A stretch of DNA of 64,000 nt from Candidatus Micrarchaeota archaeon (GTDB lineage Archaea > Micrarchaeota > Micrarchaeia > Anstonellales > Anstonellaceae), in assembly GCA_026413965.1 (NCBI GenBank), contig JAOAJY010000003.1, forward strand, positions 27,727 through 91,726, written 5' to 3'. A program made the position numbers and the translations under genes. Numbering within the stretch: position 1 is the stretch's first letter; each line of letters begins with the position of its first letter. Below are positions 8,852 to 18,096 of this stretch, piece after piece. The notes under the pieces were generated by a model. It had not been told where the DNA came from, made no database searches, and saw only the letters and a program-made list of their open reading frames with translations.

Positions 8852-10051
8852 TCACCATCCATAGTATTTTGCCCGAGACTTGCCAAGCGCCTCCATGGCA
8901 GGCACGAACCCTTTTGCGAAAAAGCCAGGGGCGTTCAGCAGGACATTCAGCCCGACTTTGAGCTTGCCTGCCCAGCTTATTGAGGTCAAGTTTTTTGGTA
9001 TCAATTGCCCTATCTTGCTCAGCTCTTCATCCGAAAAATTGTAGAATGCCTTCTTGCCAAAGACCAGCTTTGAGTAATCCGGGAACTCCGCCCTCCACAG
9101 CCTTTCATACTCTGACAGGGCGGCTTTGTCAGTCCTCCCCCTGTGCAAAGCCTTGGCTGCTACCTCGGATGCGAACTTTGCCGAAGACATGGCAAGGCTG
9201 GTCCCGCCCTCAAACATGGGAGAAGTGAAGCCTGCGGCATCGCCAACCAGAAGCAGGCCATCTGAGTAGGTGTTGGCGACAGGCCCTGAGGCAGGAATCA
9301 TGCCCCCGAATGCCACCTTTCCCACTTTTCTTTTCTCCCTAAGCCCGTATTCGTCAATGAATTGCTCCAAATATTTTCTGGTGCCAGGCGGGTCATTTGT
9401 GACCAATCCCACATTCGCCCGGCTGCCCTTTTTTGGTATCACCCAAAGGTAGCCGTGCGGAGCCAGCCTGGGCCAAAGGAAGAAGTCTATGAAGCCATCC
9501 GATTCGATTGGGGAAAGCTCATACTGCAGCCCGACCACTGTCTGCGGAGGCTGGTTTAGGCCAAGCAGCTTTGAGGCCACGCCTGCCACTCCTGATGCGT
9601 CAATTATTATCTTCGCCTTATATTCGCCTTGGGTAGTGGAGACTTGCCACTTGCCATCATTTCTGGCAAGCCCGCTGACTCTGTGCCTGGTCTTGTAAGC
9701 CGCTCCAGCCTCTTGACCAAGCTTTGCCAAAAAGCGCTCAAACTTCTCCTTTTCCAGCGTGAAGCCTGGCTCCTCAATGTAGGAATATGAGCGGTTGGGC
9801 CATATCACCCTGATGCCTTTTGCCCTCATGGAGATTGCCTCCTCTGGAAGCTCAATCCCCAGCCTTTGGACAGCAAGCAGGGAGAGGCACTCACCGCAGT
9901 GCACCGGCTCGCCTATGCGCTCATGCTCCTCGAAAACCACAGTGCGCAAGCCTGACTTTGCGGCAGAATATGCCGCGTATGTGCCTGCAGGGCCGGCGCC
10001 AATTATTGCGATGTCAAACTCTTCCATCATTTCCCGATTTGGCTGAATCAA
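8852..10051 (-). CDS. Geranylgeranyl reductase family flavoprotein
   Basis: 399 aa. N-terminal FAD fingerprint FDIAIIGAGPAGTYAA. Later LLVGDAAGFTSPMFEGG is typical of archaeal GGR. Confidence 0.8.
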   Translation of the reverse strand: MIQPNREMMEEFDIAIIGAGPAGTYAAYSAAKSGLRTVVFEEHERIGEPVHCGECLSLLAVQRLGIELPEEAISMRAKGIRVIWPNRSYSYIEEPGFTLEKEKFERFLAKLGQEAGAAYKTRHRVSGLARNDGKWQVSTTQGEYKAKIIIDASGVAGVASKLLGLNQPPQTVVGLQYELSPIESDGFIDFFLWPRLAPHGYLWVIPKKGSRANVGLVTNDPPGTRKYLEQFIDEYGLREKRKVGKVAFGGMIPASGPVANTYSDGLLLVGDAAGFTSPMFEGGTSLAMSSAKFASEVAAKALHRGRTDKAALSEYERLWRAEFPDYSKLVFGKKAFYNFSDEELSKIGQLIPKNLTSISWAGKLKVGLNVLLNAPGFFAKGFVPAMEALGKSRAKYYGW

Positions 10052-10082
10052 ATATAAAATTAGCTATTTGAAAGCGAAGTAG

Positions 10083-10355
10083 CTAATCCTCATGGGTGTT
10101 CCAAAGCTGCCTTTTCTGGTTCAAAAGCTCCTTTGCCACCGACAAAAGCTGGGTGCTGACCCTCAAAGCCTCATCAGGGGAAAGCCTTATTGCCTGCTGG
10201 GAAACGCTATTGGCTATCCTGATGGTTATCACGCCGTCTCTTGGGAATCCGTTTATCTCCGAGGCTGGCTCAGACTCAATCCGGAGGGCGTTTCTGTGGG
10301 ACTCGCCTTTCTCGTCTTTCCACCAATGGATTATTTCCTCCTCAACTGTCGCCAT
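10083..10355 (-). CDS. Hypothetical protein (90 aa)
   Basis: Isolated ORF that fills the gap after the GGR gene. No recognisable motif. Confidence 0.45.
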   Translation of the reverse strand: MATVEEEIIHWWKDEKGESHRNALRIESEPASEINGFPRDGVITIRIANSVSQQAIRLSPDEALRVSTQLLSVAKELLNQKRQLWNTHED

Positions 10356-10450
10356 GCTGGAAAGAAAGGAAGCCTTGATTTAAAAAGGAAAGCAGAGCTG
10401 CATGCCGGTGGCCGCAAAGGATTTTAACCTCTTTAGGCAAAACGATTGCT

Positions 10451-10699
10451 ATGAGGTTGGCGCAGGATTTGAAAAGCGACGCAATGAGAAGAAAGGCGAT
10501 AAAGGAGCTGGTCTGCTTCCTGAAGTGCGGCTCTCTATACAACGCATATGCCGTAATGCGGTCCTTTTGGATAACCAAAAAAGAAATAGCTGAGGAGAAT
10601 AGCAGGGTTGGAAAACCCCTGGCTGACAAGGCGATAGAAGAATTTTATAATTATTGCGGAAAGCAGAGGCAGCGCGAATTTTCAAGGAAAAAAAGCTGA
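10451..10699 (+). CDS. Hypothetical protein (82 aa)
   Basis: ORF with the TATA-like ATTTTAAC about 25 nt upstream. Basic C-terminus. No family recognised. Confidence 0.4.
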   Translation: MRLAQDLKSDAMRRKAIKELVCFLKCGSLYNAYAVMRSFWITKKEIAEENSRVGKPLADKAIEEFYNYCGKQRQREFSRKKS

Positions 10700-10721
10700 A
10701 AAACCAAAAAAGAAAGGGGAA

Positions 10722-10835
10722 TCATTCCTCCTCTTCCTCTTCCCAATCCTCATCAAAGTCGTCTTCCTCGTCTTCTTCCTCTTCCTCCTCATCCTCATCT
10801 GCCCGAAAGATTGGGAAACGATAAAGGTCGCGCAT
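10722..10835 (-). CDS. Hyperacidic 37-aa microprotein
   Basis: Internal ATG of the 97-aa track ORF gives MRDLYRFPIFRADEDEEEEEEDEEDDFDEDWEEEEEE. On the minus strand it is preceded by GAGGTGG (SD-like) directly upstream and by TTTTTATATTTTT (TATA-like) about 30 nt upstream. Confidence 0.5.
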   Translation of the reverse strand: MRDLYRFPIFRADEDEEEEEEDEEDDFDEDWEEEEEE

Positions 10836-10864
10836 GTTCCACCTCTTTGCGTCAATAAAGATGG

Positions 10865-10878
10865 AAAAATATAAAAAG
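10865..10878. promoter_or_regulatory. Putative shared TATA element for divergent small genes
   Basis: AAAAATATAAAAAG lies between the minus-strand ATG at 10835 and the plus-strand ATG at 10945. It reads as an A/T box on both strands. Confidence 0.35.
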
Positions 10879-10944
10879 CAAAGCCTGGAGCTTTTGGGCA
10901 TCAGGGTTTTAATTCTTGTTTGAAAACACAATTTGGTGGGAGGT

Positions 10945-11187
10945 ATGGGGCTTGTTGAGACCCTAAGCGGGATTGAAAGCCTTCTTTTGCAGCTTGGGCC
11001 TATAATCTCGGTCATACTTATTGTGCTTGGAGGAATAGTCTATGGGCTTGCCCAGACGCAGCCTTCGGACCAGCGCGGAAAGTACATAACGACAGCATAC
11101 GCGATGATTGCTGGGGGCATAGTGGTTGCGGCAATAAGCGGCGCAGCCACCTTGATTGCGCAGAATTCCGCCAATCTTCTCAAGTGA
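10945..11187 (+). CDS. Small two-TM membrane protein (VirB2/TrbC-like topology, speculative)
   Basis: ATG preceded by GGTGGGAGGT. 80 aa. TM1 is GPIISVILIVLGGIVYGLA, the polar loop is QTQPSDQRGKY and TM2 is ITTAYAMIAGGIVVAAISGAATLIA. Confidence 0.6.
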   Translation: MGLVETLSGIESLLLQLGPIISVILIVLGGIVYGLAQTQPSDQRGKYITTAYAMIAGGIVVAAISGAATLIAQNSANLLK

Positions 11188-11908
11188 GTATGGTGTATTT
11201 GCTGATGTATATCTGAGTCTGCAGCACTATAAGGAAAGGCACCAGCACAAGCGAATTTGCCAAAAGCACAGCCAGGGAGCCTATCTTGTATGGGAGCAGG
11301 GAGAGGAAAAGCCAGTCCAGGAAAGAAAGAAGCGCAAATGCTATTGCAATCCAGAGGATGAAATAGGGGAATTTGGAGAACACCATGCTGAATGATTTTT
11401 GGGCTGCCCGGAAGGGGCGAAGCTCATCTATCACCAGCCCGGCAGGGGCAAAAAATAGAGGCAGCCAGACAAGAAGCGAAAGCAGAGGCGAGAGCCATGA
11501 TTGCGAGCCCAGCTCAAATGTCAGCAGCTGGATTATGAGAAGGGCTATGGTGCCAAGCAGAAAGAGGATGAAGACATTGAATGTGTGCCCGGTTATGCCT
11601 TTGACGACCTCGTTTTTTATGTTTGTGGCTGTGCGCTGGCTCTTTATGACAATTGTTATATTCACTATCGCAAACGACATGAGGTAAAGGGATGCCAACA
11701 GGCTGGCTATTATAATCCCAAGCTCAGAAGGCTTCAGATCCGGGATGCTTCCTGTGCGAAGAAAAGTTGCCCCAAGCGCAGAAAAAACCGGCGTATTGAC
11801 AACAGCGGGTATGATGAAAGCAAGAAGCGCGGGGACAGCGAAAAGCGAAATCAGCTTCACATTCTTAAGATATGCATTGATGGAATGGGAGAGGATATTG
11901 TCTGCCAT
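11180..11908 (-). CDS. Polytopic membrane protein, unknown function
   Basis: 242 aa with about six hydrophobic segments. No family recognised. Confidence 0.65.
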   Translation of the reverse strand: MADNILSHSINAYLKNVKLISLFAVPALLAFIIPAVVNTPVFSALGATFLRTGSIPDLKPSELGIIIASLLASLYLMSFAIVNITIVIKSQRTATNIKNEVVKGITGHTFNVFILFLLGTIALLIIQLLTFELGSQSWLSPLLSLLVWLPLFFAPAGLVIDELRPFRAAQKSFSMVFSKFPYFILWIAIAFALLSFLDWLFLSLLPYKIGSLAVLLANSLVLVPFLIVLQTQIYISKYTILT

Positions 11909-11961
11909 GAATGGCTTTGGCAGTCAGACTATTATAAATCTAGCGCAAGAAAGCTGATGAT

Positions 11962-12777
11962 ATGAGGCATCCTGCGGTTGCAGGCGCGTTTTATACTTCT
12001 TCCCCCTCCCAGCTCCGCTTGGAGGTGCAGCGCTATCTTCAGGAGGCGGATGCAGCCAGAAAGAGCCGGCTTGCGATAGTCTCCCCCCACGCCGGCTACA
12101 TGTACTCGGGAAAATGCGCAGCATATTCTTTCGCCTCATGCTCCAACTGGAAAGAGGAAAGCTTGACTGCGGTTGTGATAGGCCCAAACCACACAGGAAT
12201 GGGTCAGCCAATCGCAGTATCGTTTGAGGACTGGCAGACTCCTCTTGGCGCTGTGGAATGCGACACCCAGCTTGCCCAGGAGATTGTGAACCATGGGAAA
12301 ATTGCCAGGAAAGACGAGCTGGCGCACCTGCGGGAGCATTCCTGCGAGGTGCAGCTCCCGTTCCTCAAAATCTGCGCCCCTAAGGCAAAGGCGGTGTGCA
12401 TCTGCATGGGATGGCAAGACTCAATCGCCGCAGAGGACTTGGGAAGGGCTGTGTTTGGAGCCGCAAAAAAAACAGGAAAGGGCATAATTGTGGTTGCCTC
12501 ATCGGATTTCACCCACTACGAAAGCGCCGAAGAAGCCAGAAGGAAGGACATGGAAGCCATAGACATGCTGCTGAGGCTTGATTGGGAGGGCTTTGAGGAG
12601 CTTGTGGAAAGCAAAAACCTGTCAATTTGCGGGCACGGCCCTATTGCTGCTGCCATGCATTACGCAAAGCTTGCAGGGGCAAAAAAATGCGAGCTTTTGA
12701 AATACACCAACTCCGGGGAGGCAAGCGGGGATTTTGGAAGCGTGGTGGCATACGCTGCGCTTGGGATAAGCAGATAG
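11962..12777 (+). CDS. amrB: MEMO1-family / AmmeMemoRadiSam system protein B
   Basis: N-terminus MRHPAVAGAFY followed by VSPHAGYMYSG. 271 aa, typical of the family. Confidence 0.85.
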   Translation: MRHPAVAGAFYTSSPSQLRLEVQRYLQEADAARKSRLAIVSPHAGYMYSGKCAAYSFASCSNWKEESLTAVVIGPNHTGMGQPIAVSFEDWQTPLGAVECDTQLAQEIVNHGKIARKDELAHLREHSCEVQLPFLKICAPKAKAVCICMGWQDSIAAEDLGRAVFGAAKKTGKGIIVVASSDFTHYESAEEARRKDMEAIDMLLRLDWEGFEELVESKNLSICGHGPIAAAMHYAKLAGAKKCELLKYTNSGEASGDFGSVVAYAALGISR

Positions 12778-12784
12778 CCGCGCC

Positions 12785-13423
12785 TTAAAACAGAACTTCG
12801 TCCTTTCTCCACGGATATTTGGCGGAGATGATCTTGCGGTGCTGGAAAAGAAAGCCATTTTTTTGCCGCAGGACTTCCTTTGTGAAATAAAGCTCGTATT
12901 TTCCGCCCGCCTCAGAGTGGTATGAGAAGCGCAGATGCATGGTTCCCTCCTGCTTTTTGCCCAAAGACTTGACTATGAAGCCTGCCAAATCCGCTTTCCT
13001 TTCGGCTTCTGGATGGGCTTCGGACACATCCAGGTGGCGCTCATCAATCCTGATAGACTTTCCGTTCAGGGATATTGTTGCCTGGAAATCATAGATGGGA
13101 TGCTTTATGGTCTTGTAGGACAGCGCCGCGCCTCCGTTTGAGCTTTGGAGCTCCCATATGAGTATGGGGCGGACCGCAAGCTCCAGCCTTGCGGTGTCCT
13201 CCTCGCGCTTTGACTCGACGTTGAAATATGCGTAATAAAGAAGCGCAAGGGTGGCTATGCCGGTCAGCGCCTGAAGATAAATCCTGGCCGACTCGGCGTC
13301 AATGCTTCCTGCTTGGAAAAGATATATCACCCAAAGAATCAGAAGAAGAAGGGAAACCACAACAGCGTATATGTACTTTTCGGCAATCCAGCTTGGAAAG
13401 TTGCGCATGCATCTGCTTTGCAA
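12785..13423 (-). CDS. Hypothetical membrane protein
   Basis: 212 aa. Two N-terminal TM helices (YIYAVVVSLLLLILWVIYLF, ALTGIATLALLYYAYF) followed by a soluble domain. Confidence 0.6.
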   Translation of the reverse strand: MQSRCMRNFPSWIAEKYIYAVVVSLLLLILWVIYLFQAGSIDAESARIYLQALTGIATLALLYYAYFNVESKREEDTARLELAVRPILIWELQSSNGGAALSYKTIKHPIYDFQATISLNGKSIRIDERHLDVSEAHPEAERKADLAGFIVKSLGKKQEGTMHLRFSYHSEAGGKYELYFTKEVLRQKNGFLFQHRKIISAKYPWRKDEVLF

Positions 13424-13462
13424 AGTAATTTAAAAAGGGTTTTCTTATTAAGGTGGGTTTGC

Positions 13463-14494
13463 ATGGACATCCGAAGCAGGAAAAAGGACCACGTTGATGC
13501 TGCCAGAAAAAAGCCTGTGGAATATGGCTTTGGAAGCGGGCTTGAGGACGTGCGGCTGGCGCACAATTCCCTTCCAGAGCTTGACTTTGAGGATATTGTA
13601 ACCTCGTGCGGATTTTTAGGAAAGAGGCTTGATGCCCCCATCATAATTTCAGGCATGACCGGAGGATATCCTGAGGCTGAAAAAATCAACCTAAGGCTGG
13701 CTGAAGCTGCCGAAGAGGAAAAGGTGGCGTTTGGGCTTGGCTCGCAGCGAGCCATGCTGGAAAAGCCGCAGCTTTCCTCAACATACAAAGTGCGCAAAGT
13801 TGCCCCCACCATTCCGATAATTGGAAACATCGGCGCTTGCCAGCTTGCAAAATACGGGGCGAAAAAAGCCAGGGAGATGCTGGATGAGATTGGCGCGGAT
13901 GCGCTTGCAATCCACCTCAACCCGCTGCAGGAGATGGTGCAGCCTGAGGGGGACAAAAAATTCGCAGGGATAATTTTCCAGATAGAAATCTTCGCAAAGG
14001 ATTTGGGGCTGCCGGTCATTGTGAAAGAGACAGGGGCAGGAATTTCAGGCTTTGCCGCTTCCCTTCTCAAAAAAGCAGGAGCGAAAATGGTGGATGTCTC
14101 TGGGGCAGGCGGAACTTCATGGAGCAAAGTGGAGTATTTGCGAAGCAGGCAAAGGCCAACATTTGCCGATTGGGGCAACCCCACAGCCATTTGCATTGCA
14201 GAATGCTGCAGGATTCTGCCAGTGATTGCAAGCGGCGGAATAAGAAATGGGCTGGATTGCGCAAAAGCAATTGCTTTGGGGGCATCGTATGCAGGCGCTG
14301 CGCTGCCATTCATCCGCTCAAAAGACCCTGCAAAAGAAATTGCGGCCTGGAAAAGCGAGCTTCGCACCGCAATGCTTCTTTGCGGCTCAAAAGATTTGGC
14401 AGCGCTTTCAAAAGCGCGCCTTTTTGTAACAGGAAAGACAGCAGAAGAGATGAGGCTGGCTGGCATCAACCCTTCAATTTATGCAGAAAGGTGA
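13463..14494 (+). CDS. fni: Isopentenyl-diphosphate delta-isomerase, type 2 (FMN-dependent)
   Basis: Start moved to the in-frame ATG at 13463 (MDIRSRKKDHV...), because the track start at 13313 overlaps the divergent gene. Motifs ISGMTGG, VKETGAGIS, VSGAGGTSW and GGIRNG. Confidence 0.85.
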   Translation: MDIRSRKKDHVDAARKKPVEYGFGSGLEDVRLAHNSLPELDFEDIVTSCGFLGKRLDAPIIISGMTGGYPEAEKINLRLAEAAEEEKVAFGLGSQRAMLEKPQLSSTYKVRKVAPTIPIIGNIGACQLAKYGAKKAREMLDEIGADALAIHLNPLQEMVQPEGDKKFAGIIFQIEIFAKDLGLPVIVKETGAGISGFAASLLKKAGAKMVDVSGAGGTSWSKVEYLRSRQRPTFADWGNPTAICIAECCRILPVIASGGIRNGLDCAKAIALGASYAGAALPFIRSKDPAKEIAAWKSELRTAMLLCGSKDLAALSKARLFVTGKTAEEMRLAGINPSIYAER

Positions 14495-14684
14495 TGCCGC
14501 TTCTTGGCAGAGTTTCACTAGCTGACAGCGCTGTTTTAGGGCAAGTGCATGCATTCGCAGTTGTGGCAATTTTGATGAAAAATGAAAGAACACAACAGCC
14601 ACCGCAAGGTTCGTGATGATGCGGAGGCTTCTGAAAACAGCGCTGCGCGTTAGCCTCTTAACCTTTCTTCTCTTAAATTAAGGC

Positions 14685-16388
14685 ATGGCTTCTTTGGAGG
14701 AAATCATCCGAAAGCACGTGCTCAAAAATGCGCATGACTACGGGCTTGCCATACCTGCCAAAGTGGTGGGGAAGGTGATTGGGGAGTGCCCAGAGGCGAA
14801 AGCGGATATGAAGGGCACCATGAAGCTCATCAGCGAGGAGGCAAAGCGCGTCAATTCTCTTTCAAAGCAAGAGGTGGAAAAGGAGCTTTCGCAATTCACA
14901 TTTGAGGAAAAGAAGGAGGAAAAGAAAGAGATAGAGCTGCCTGGGGCAGAACAGGGAAAAGTGGTCACCCGGTTTCCCCCTGAGCCATCAGGCTATCTTC
15001 ACATAGGGCATGCCAAAGCCGCATGGCTGGATTACGCCTCTGCAAAAAGGTATGGCGGAAAGCTTCTTCTCAGGTTTGATGACACCAATCCTGAGAAAGA
15101 AAAGCAGGAGTATGTGGATGCCATAAAAAAAGACTTGCTTTGGCTGGGGATAGATTGGCATGACGAGACTTACACTTCAGACAGGATGGATGAGCTTTAT
15201 CGCTTCTGCGAGGAGATGCTCATCAAGCATGCGGCTTATGTTTGCACCTGCCCTCCTGAAAAAATAAAGAAAGGGAGAGAGGAAAAGGTGGCCTGCGATT
15301 GCGCCGCCAGGGATGCGCAGGAGAGCATGGCGCTCTTCCGAAAAATGCGCGACGGGAAAATGGAGGAAGGGGAGGCGGTGGTGCGGTTTCACGGGAACAT
15401 GAAATCAGAAAACACTGTGATGCGCGACCCGACTCTGTTCAGGATAATAAAGGCGCCACACTACCGGCAAGGGAGCAAGTATTCCTGCTGGCCTTCATAC
15501 GATTTTGCTGCGCCCATAATGGACAGCCTTGATGGCGTGACGCACGCTATGAGGACAAAGGAGTACGAGCTTAGGAATGAGCTTTATTTCGGAATACTCA
15601 AGGCATTGGAGCTGCGGGCCCCTAAGCTGATAGAGTTTTCCCGCCTGTCCATAAAGAATGCTCCGCTTTCAAAAAGGCTGATAACGCCGCTTATTGAGCA
15701 GGGCAAGGTGGAAGGATGGGACGACCCGAGGCTTCCCACAATCTCAGCTCTGAGAAGGAGGGGAATATTGCCTGAGGCGATAAAGGAATTTGTCTTGTCA
15801 TTTGGAATCTCAAAGGTGGAATCCGAGCCTGGGTGGCAGAAGCTTTACCATGAGAACAGGAAGCTGTTGGATTCCAAAGCCCAGAGAAGGTATTTTGTTA
15901 GGAATCCGGTCAAGCTTGTGGTGGAAGGCGCTCCGGCAAAGGAGGTTGAGATAAGGAACCACCCTTCAAACATGGAGCTTGGCCAAAGGAGAATCCAGGC
16001 GCAAAGGGAATTTTACATATCAGGAGATGATGCAGAAGCCCTGCAGGCAGGCGAGCTTTTCAGGCTCAAGGAGCTTTACAACGCTACGCTTTTGGGAAAA
16101 AGGCAGGATGCGCTGGTGGCAAAATACGAGGCAGAAGAGGGCATAGCCGCAAAGAAAATACAGTGGGTTCCGTATGGCAAGCAAATAAGCTGCAAGGTCA
16201 AGATACCCAAAGACTTGGTGGACGAGCAGGGGAAGTTCATTGAAAACAGCATGTTGGTCGATTCTGGCTTCTGCGAGCCTTCGTGCGCACAGCTTCCGCA
16301 AGGAAGCATTGTCCAATTCGAAAGATACGGATATGCGAGGCTGGATGAGAAAGGCGAAGGCGGCCTTGTCTTCATCTTCTCTTGCTAA
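14685..16388 (+). CDS. gltX: Glutamyl-tRNA synthetase (archaeal type)
   Basis: 567 aa. RFPPEPSGYLHIGHAKAA carries the HIGH motif, followed by LRFDDTNPE. The KMSKS-like motif is APLSKRL. Confidence 0.9.
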   Translation: MASLEEIIRKHVLKNAHDYGLAIPAKVVGKVIGECPEAKADMKGTMKLISEEAKRVNSLSKQEVEKELSQFTFEEKKEEKKEIELPGAEQGKVVTRFPPEPSGYLHIGHAKAAWLDYASAKRYGGKLLLRFDDTNPEKEKQEYVDAIKKDLLWLGIDWHDETYTSDRMDELYRFCEEMLIKHAAYVCTCPPEKIKKGREEKVACDCAARDAQESMALFRKMRDGKMEEGEAVVRFHGNMKSENTVMRDPTLFRIIKAPHYRQGSKYSCWPSYDFAAPIMDSLDGVTHAMRTKEYELRNELYFGILKALELRAPKLIEFSRLSIKNAPLSKRLITPLIEQGKVEGWDDPRLPTISALRRRGILPEAIKEFVLSFGISKVESEPGWQKLYHENRKLLDSKAQRRYFVRNPVKLVVEGAPAKEVEIRNHPSNMELGQRRIQAQREFYISGDDAEALQAGELFRLKELYNATLLGKRQDALVAKYEAEEGIAAKKIQWVPYGKQISCKVKIPKDLVDEQGKFIENSMLVDSGFCEPSCAQLPQGSIVQFERYGYARLDEKGEGGLVFIFSC

Positions 16389-16446
16389 CCTGAAAAAGAG
16401 TAAACCTGCTTAATAGCGTTTTTGCAAGAAAGTAATTGGTGATGGC

Positions 16447-16884
16447 ATGGTGAATGAGATGGACGATGCGCCTGCTTTCATTCTGCCTGATGCGGATGGC
16501 AAGGAAAAGAAGCTTAGCGACTTTTATGGCAAGTGGCTGGTGCTTTACTTTTATCCAAAAGACGACACCCCGGGCTGCACCGTGGAGGCGTGCGGCTTTA
16601 GGGACATGGCTGGCCAATACGAAAAGATTGGCGCCCAGGTTGTGGGCATATCCCCAGACCCTCCAAGCTCGCACAAGGCTTTCTCAGGCAAATACAGGCT
16701 CCCATTCACCCTGCTTTCTGACTCCGGCGGCAAAGTGGCTGCAAAATACGGAGCGTGGGCAGGCAAGATGGAGAGGACCACCTTCATAATCTCGCCTGAT
16801 GGAAAAATAATGAAGATTTTCAGGAAAGTGAAGCCTGAAGGGCATGAGAAAGAAGTGCTGGATTGGCTCAAGAAAAACGCATGA
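16447..16884 (+). CDS. bcp: Thioredoxin-dependent peroxiredoxin Bcp
   Basis: PAFILPDADGKEKKLSDFYGKWLVLYFYPKDDTPGCTVEACGFRD, the classical Bcp active-site block. Confidence 0.85.
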   Translation: MVNEMDDAPAFILPDADGKEKKLSDFYGKWLVLYFYPKDDTPGCTVEACGFRDMAGQYEKIGAQVVGISPDPPSSHKAFSGKYRLPFTLLSDSGGKVAAKYGAWAGKMERTTFIISPDGKIMKIFRKVKPEGHEKEVLDWLKKNA

Positions 16885-17352
16885 CTATCTTTGCTCTGCC
16901 ATGACCACTATGTCTGCTGTGTTCCGCAAAGCCGTGGAGAAGCCAGGCTCGCTTCCAATCACTATGGTCTCCTTGCCAAGCTCCTTGGCTTTCACAAGGA
17001 CAGGGCGGAAGTCGATATCCCGAGTCATGAGAGCGATTGAGTGGATGTGCGGGTTGTAGACTTGCACCATCGCCTCAACCGCCATAGTCACATCCACGTC
17101 CCCTGTTGTGATTATTGGCTCAAAACCCTGGTTGGTCATCGCCTCAATCAGCTTGTCTGAGGCGTACTGGTCCAGAAATATCTTGGAGACCTTGATGGTC
17201 CCATGCTTCTCCACCATCTTTTTGACTGACACCAAATCCACCCTGACATCCTTGCGTATCACGTTGGGGCCGTCAATGAGGAGAGCTATGCATTTCTCTT
17301 TCCCCTTCTTTCCCAGGATAGAGGCGAACTTCTCGAGCATCCAACCACCCAT
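16885..17352 (-). CDS. NYN/LabA-like domain protein (TIGR00288-like)
   Basis: 155 aa. IALLIDGPNV...ITTGDVDVTMAVEAM...IALMTRDIDFRPVLVKAKELGKETIVIG matches the NYN acidic-residue pattern. Confidence 0.7.
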   Translation of the reverse strand: MGGWMLEKFASILGKKGKEKCIALLIDGPNVIRKDVRVDLVSVKKMVEKHGTIKVSKIFLDQYASDKLIEAMTNQGFEPIITTGDVDVTMAVEAMVQVYNPHIHSIALMTRDIDFRPVLVKAKELGKETIVIGSEPGFSTALRNTADIVVMAEQR

Positions 17353-17353
17353 T

Positions 17354-18085
17354 CTACCTTATCTTGAAAAACTGCGCGGTGTTAAGCAAGGTCTGGGCTT
17401 TGACCTTCTCCACGCTTTCTTGCTTTATCTCAGCAATCATTTTTATGGATGCCAGGGCATCCGACGGGCTTTTGCCTAGGTATGGCGCATCTGACTCTGC
17501 GACCAGGCGCTCAAGCGGCAAAGCCCTCACTACGCGCTTCCTCTCCTTGCTTTTGACAGGAGGCACAGACACCAATGCCCTTCCTGTCCCTGCCGCAGCC
17601 TCCGCAAGGCTGTGCTTGCCGGAGTAGCAGTGGAGCATGAAAGGCAGGCTGAAATTTTGCAGTATGTCAATGCACTCCTGCTCAGCGTCCCTGGAGTGGA
17701 TGACCACCGGAAGAGAAAGCCTCTCTGCAAGCTGAAGCTGGGACACGAAGCATTCATGCTGCAAGAACCTCTCCTCTTGGCTTTTCGCCCAGTGGTAGTC
17801 CAGCCCTATCTCCCCTATTGCCACAAGCTTTCCGCTGTCAGCTATTTTTGAGGCAATCGCCTCTTCCCACTCCGCAAGATACACCTTGATTTCCTTGTGC
17901 TTCATTGCCTCCTGCGGAGAAATGCCTGCGCAAAGGTAAACATTCTGGTGCTCTTGGGCAATCCGAAGGTTGAGCAGATTGGACTGGTGCGAGTAGCCTG
18001 AGGTTATGTGCAGTATGGATGGGTCAAGAATGCCTGCGCACGAATCAAGATGGCAATGCGCATCCGCAAATGAATAGACCGCCAT
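17354..18085 (-). CDS. tatD: TatD-family metal-dependent hydrolase
   Basis: N-terminal FADAHCHLD, followed by GEIGLDYH, VVIHSR, MLHCYSG and ESDAPYL. Confidence 0.85.
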   Translation of the reverse strand: MAVYSFADAHCHLDSCAGILDPSILHITSGYSHQSNLLNLRIAQEHQNVYLCAGISPQEAMKHKEIKVYLAEWEEAIASKIADSGKLVAIGEIGLDYHWAKSQEERFLQHECFVSQLQLAERLSLPVVIHSRDAEQECIDILQNFSLPFMLHCYSGKHSLAEAAAGTGRALVSVPPVKSKERKRVVRALPLERLVAESDAPYLGKSPSDALASIKMIAEIKQESVEKVKAQTLLNTAQFFKIR

Positions 18086-18096
18086 TTATTCGCCTT

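Noticed and set aside
13339-14469. 376-aa minus-strand ORF
   Set aside because: It lies entirely antisense to the well-supported type-2 IPP isomerase gene. Its product is Ala/Ser/Pro-rich low complexity, as expected from the reverse frame of a GC-biased gene.
14573-14634. A bona fide C/D-box sRNA call in the fni-gltX spacer
   Set aside because: The box spacing is inconsistent with canonical archaeal C/D sRNAs: 11 nt between C-like and D-like boxes, with no D' box. It is kept only as a low-confidence finding, not as a feature.
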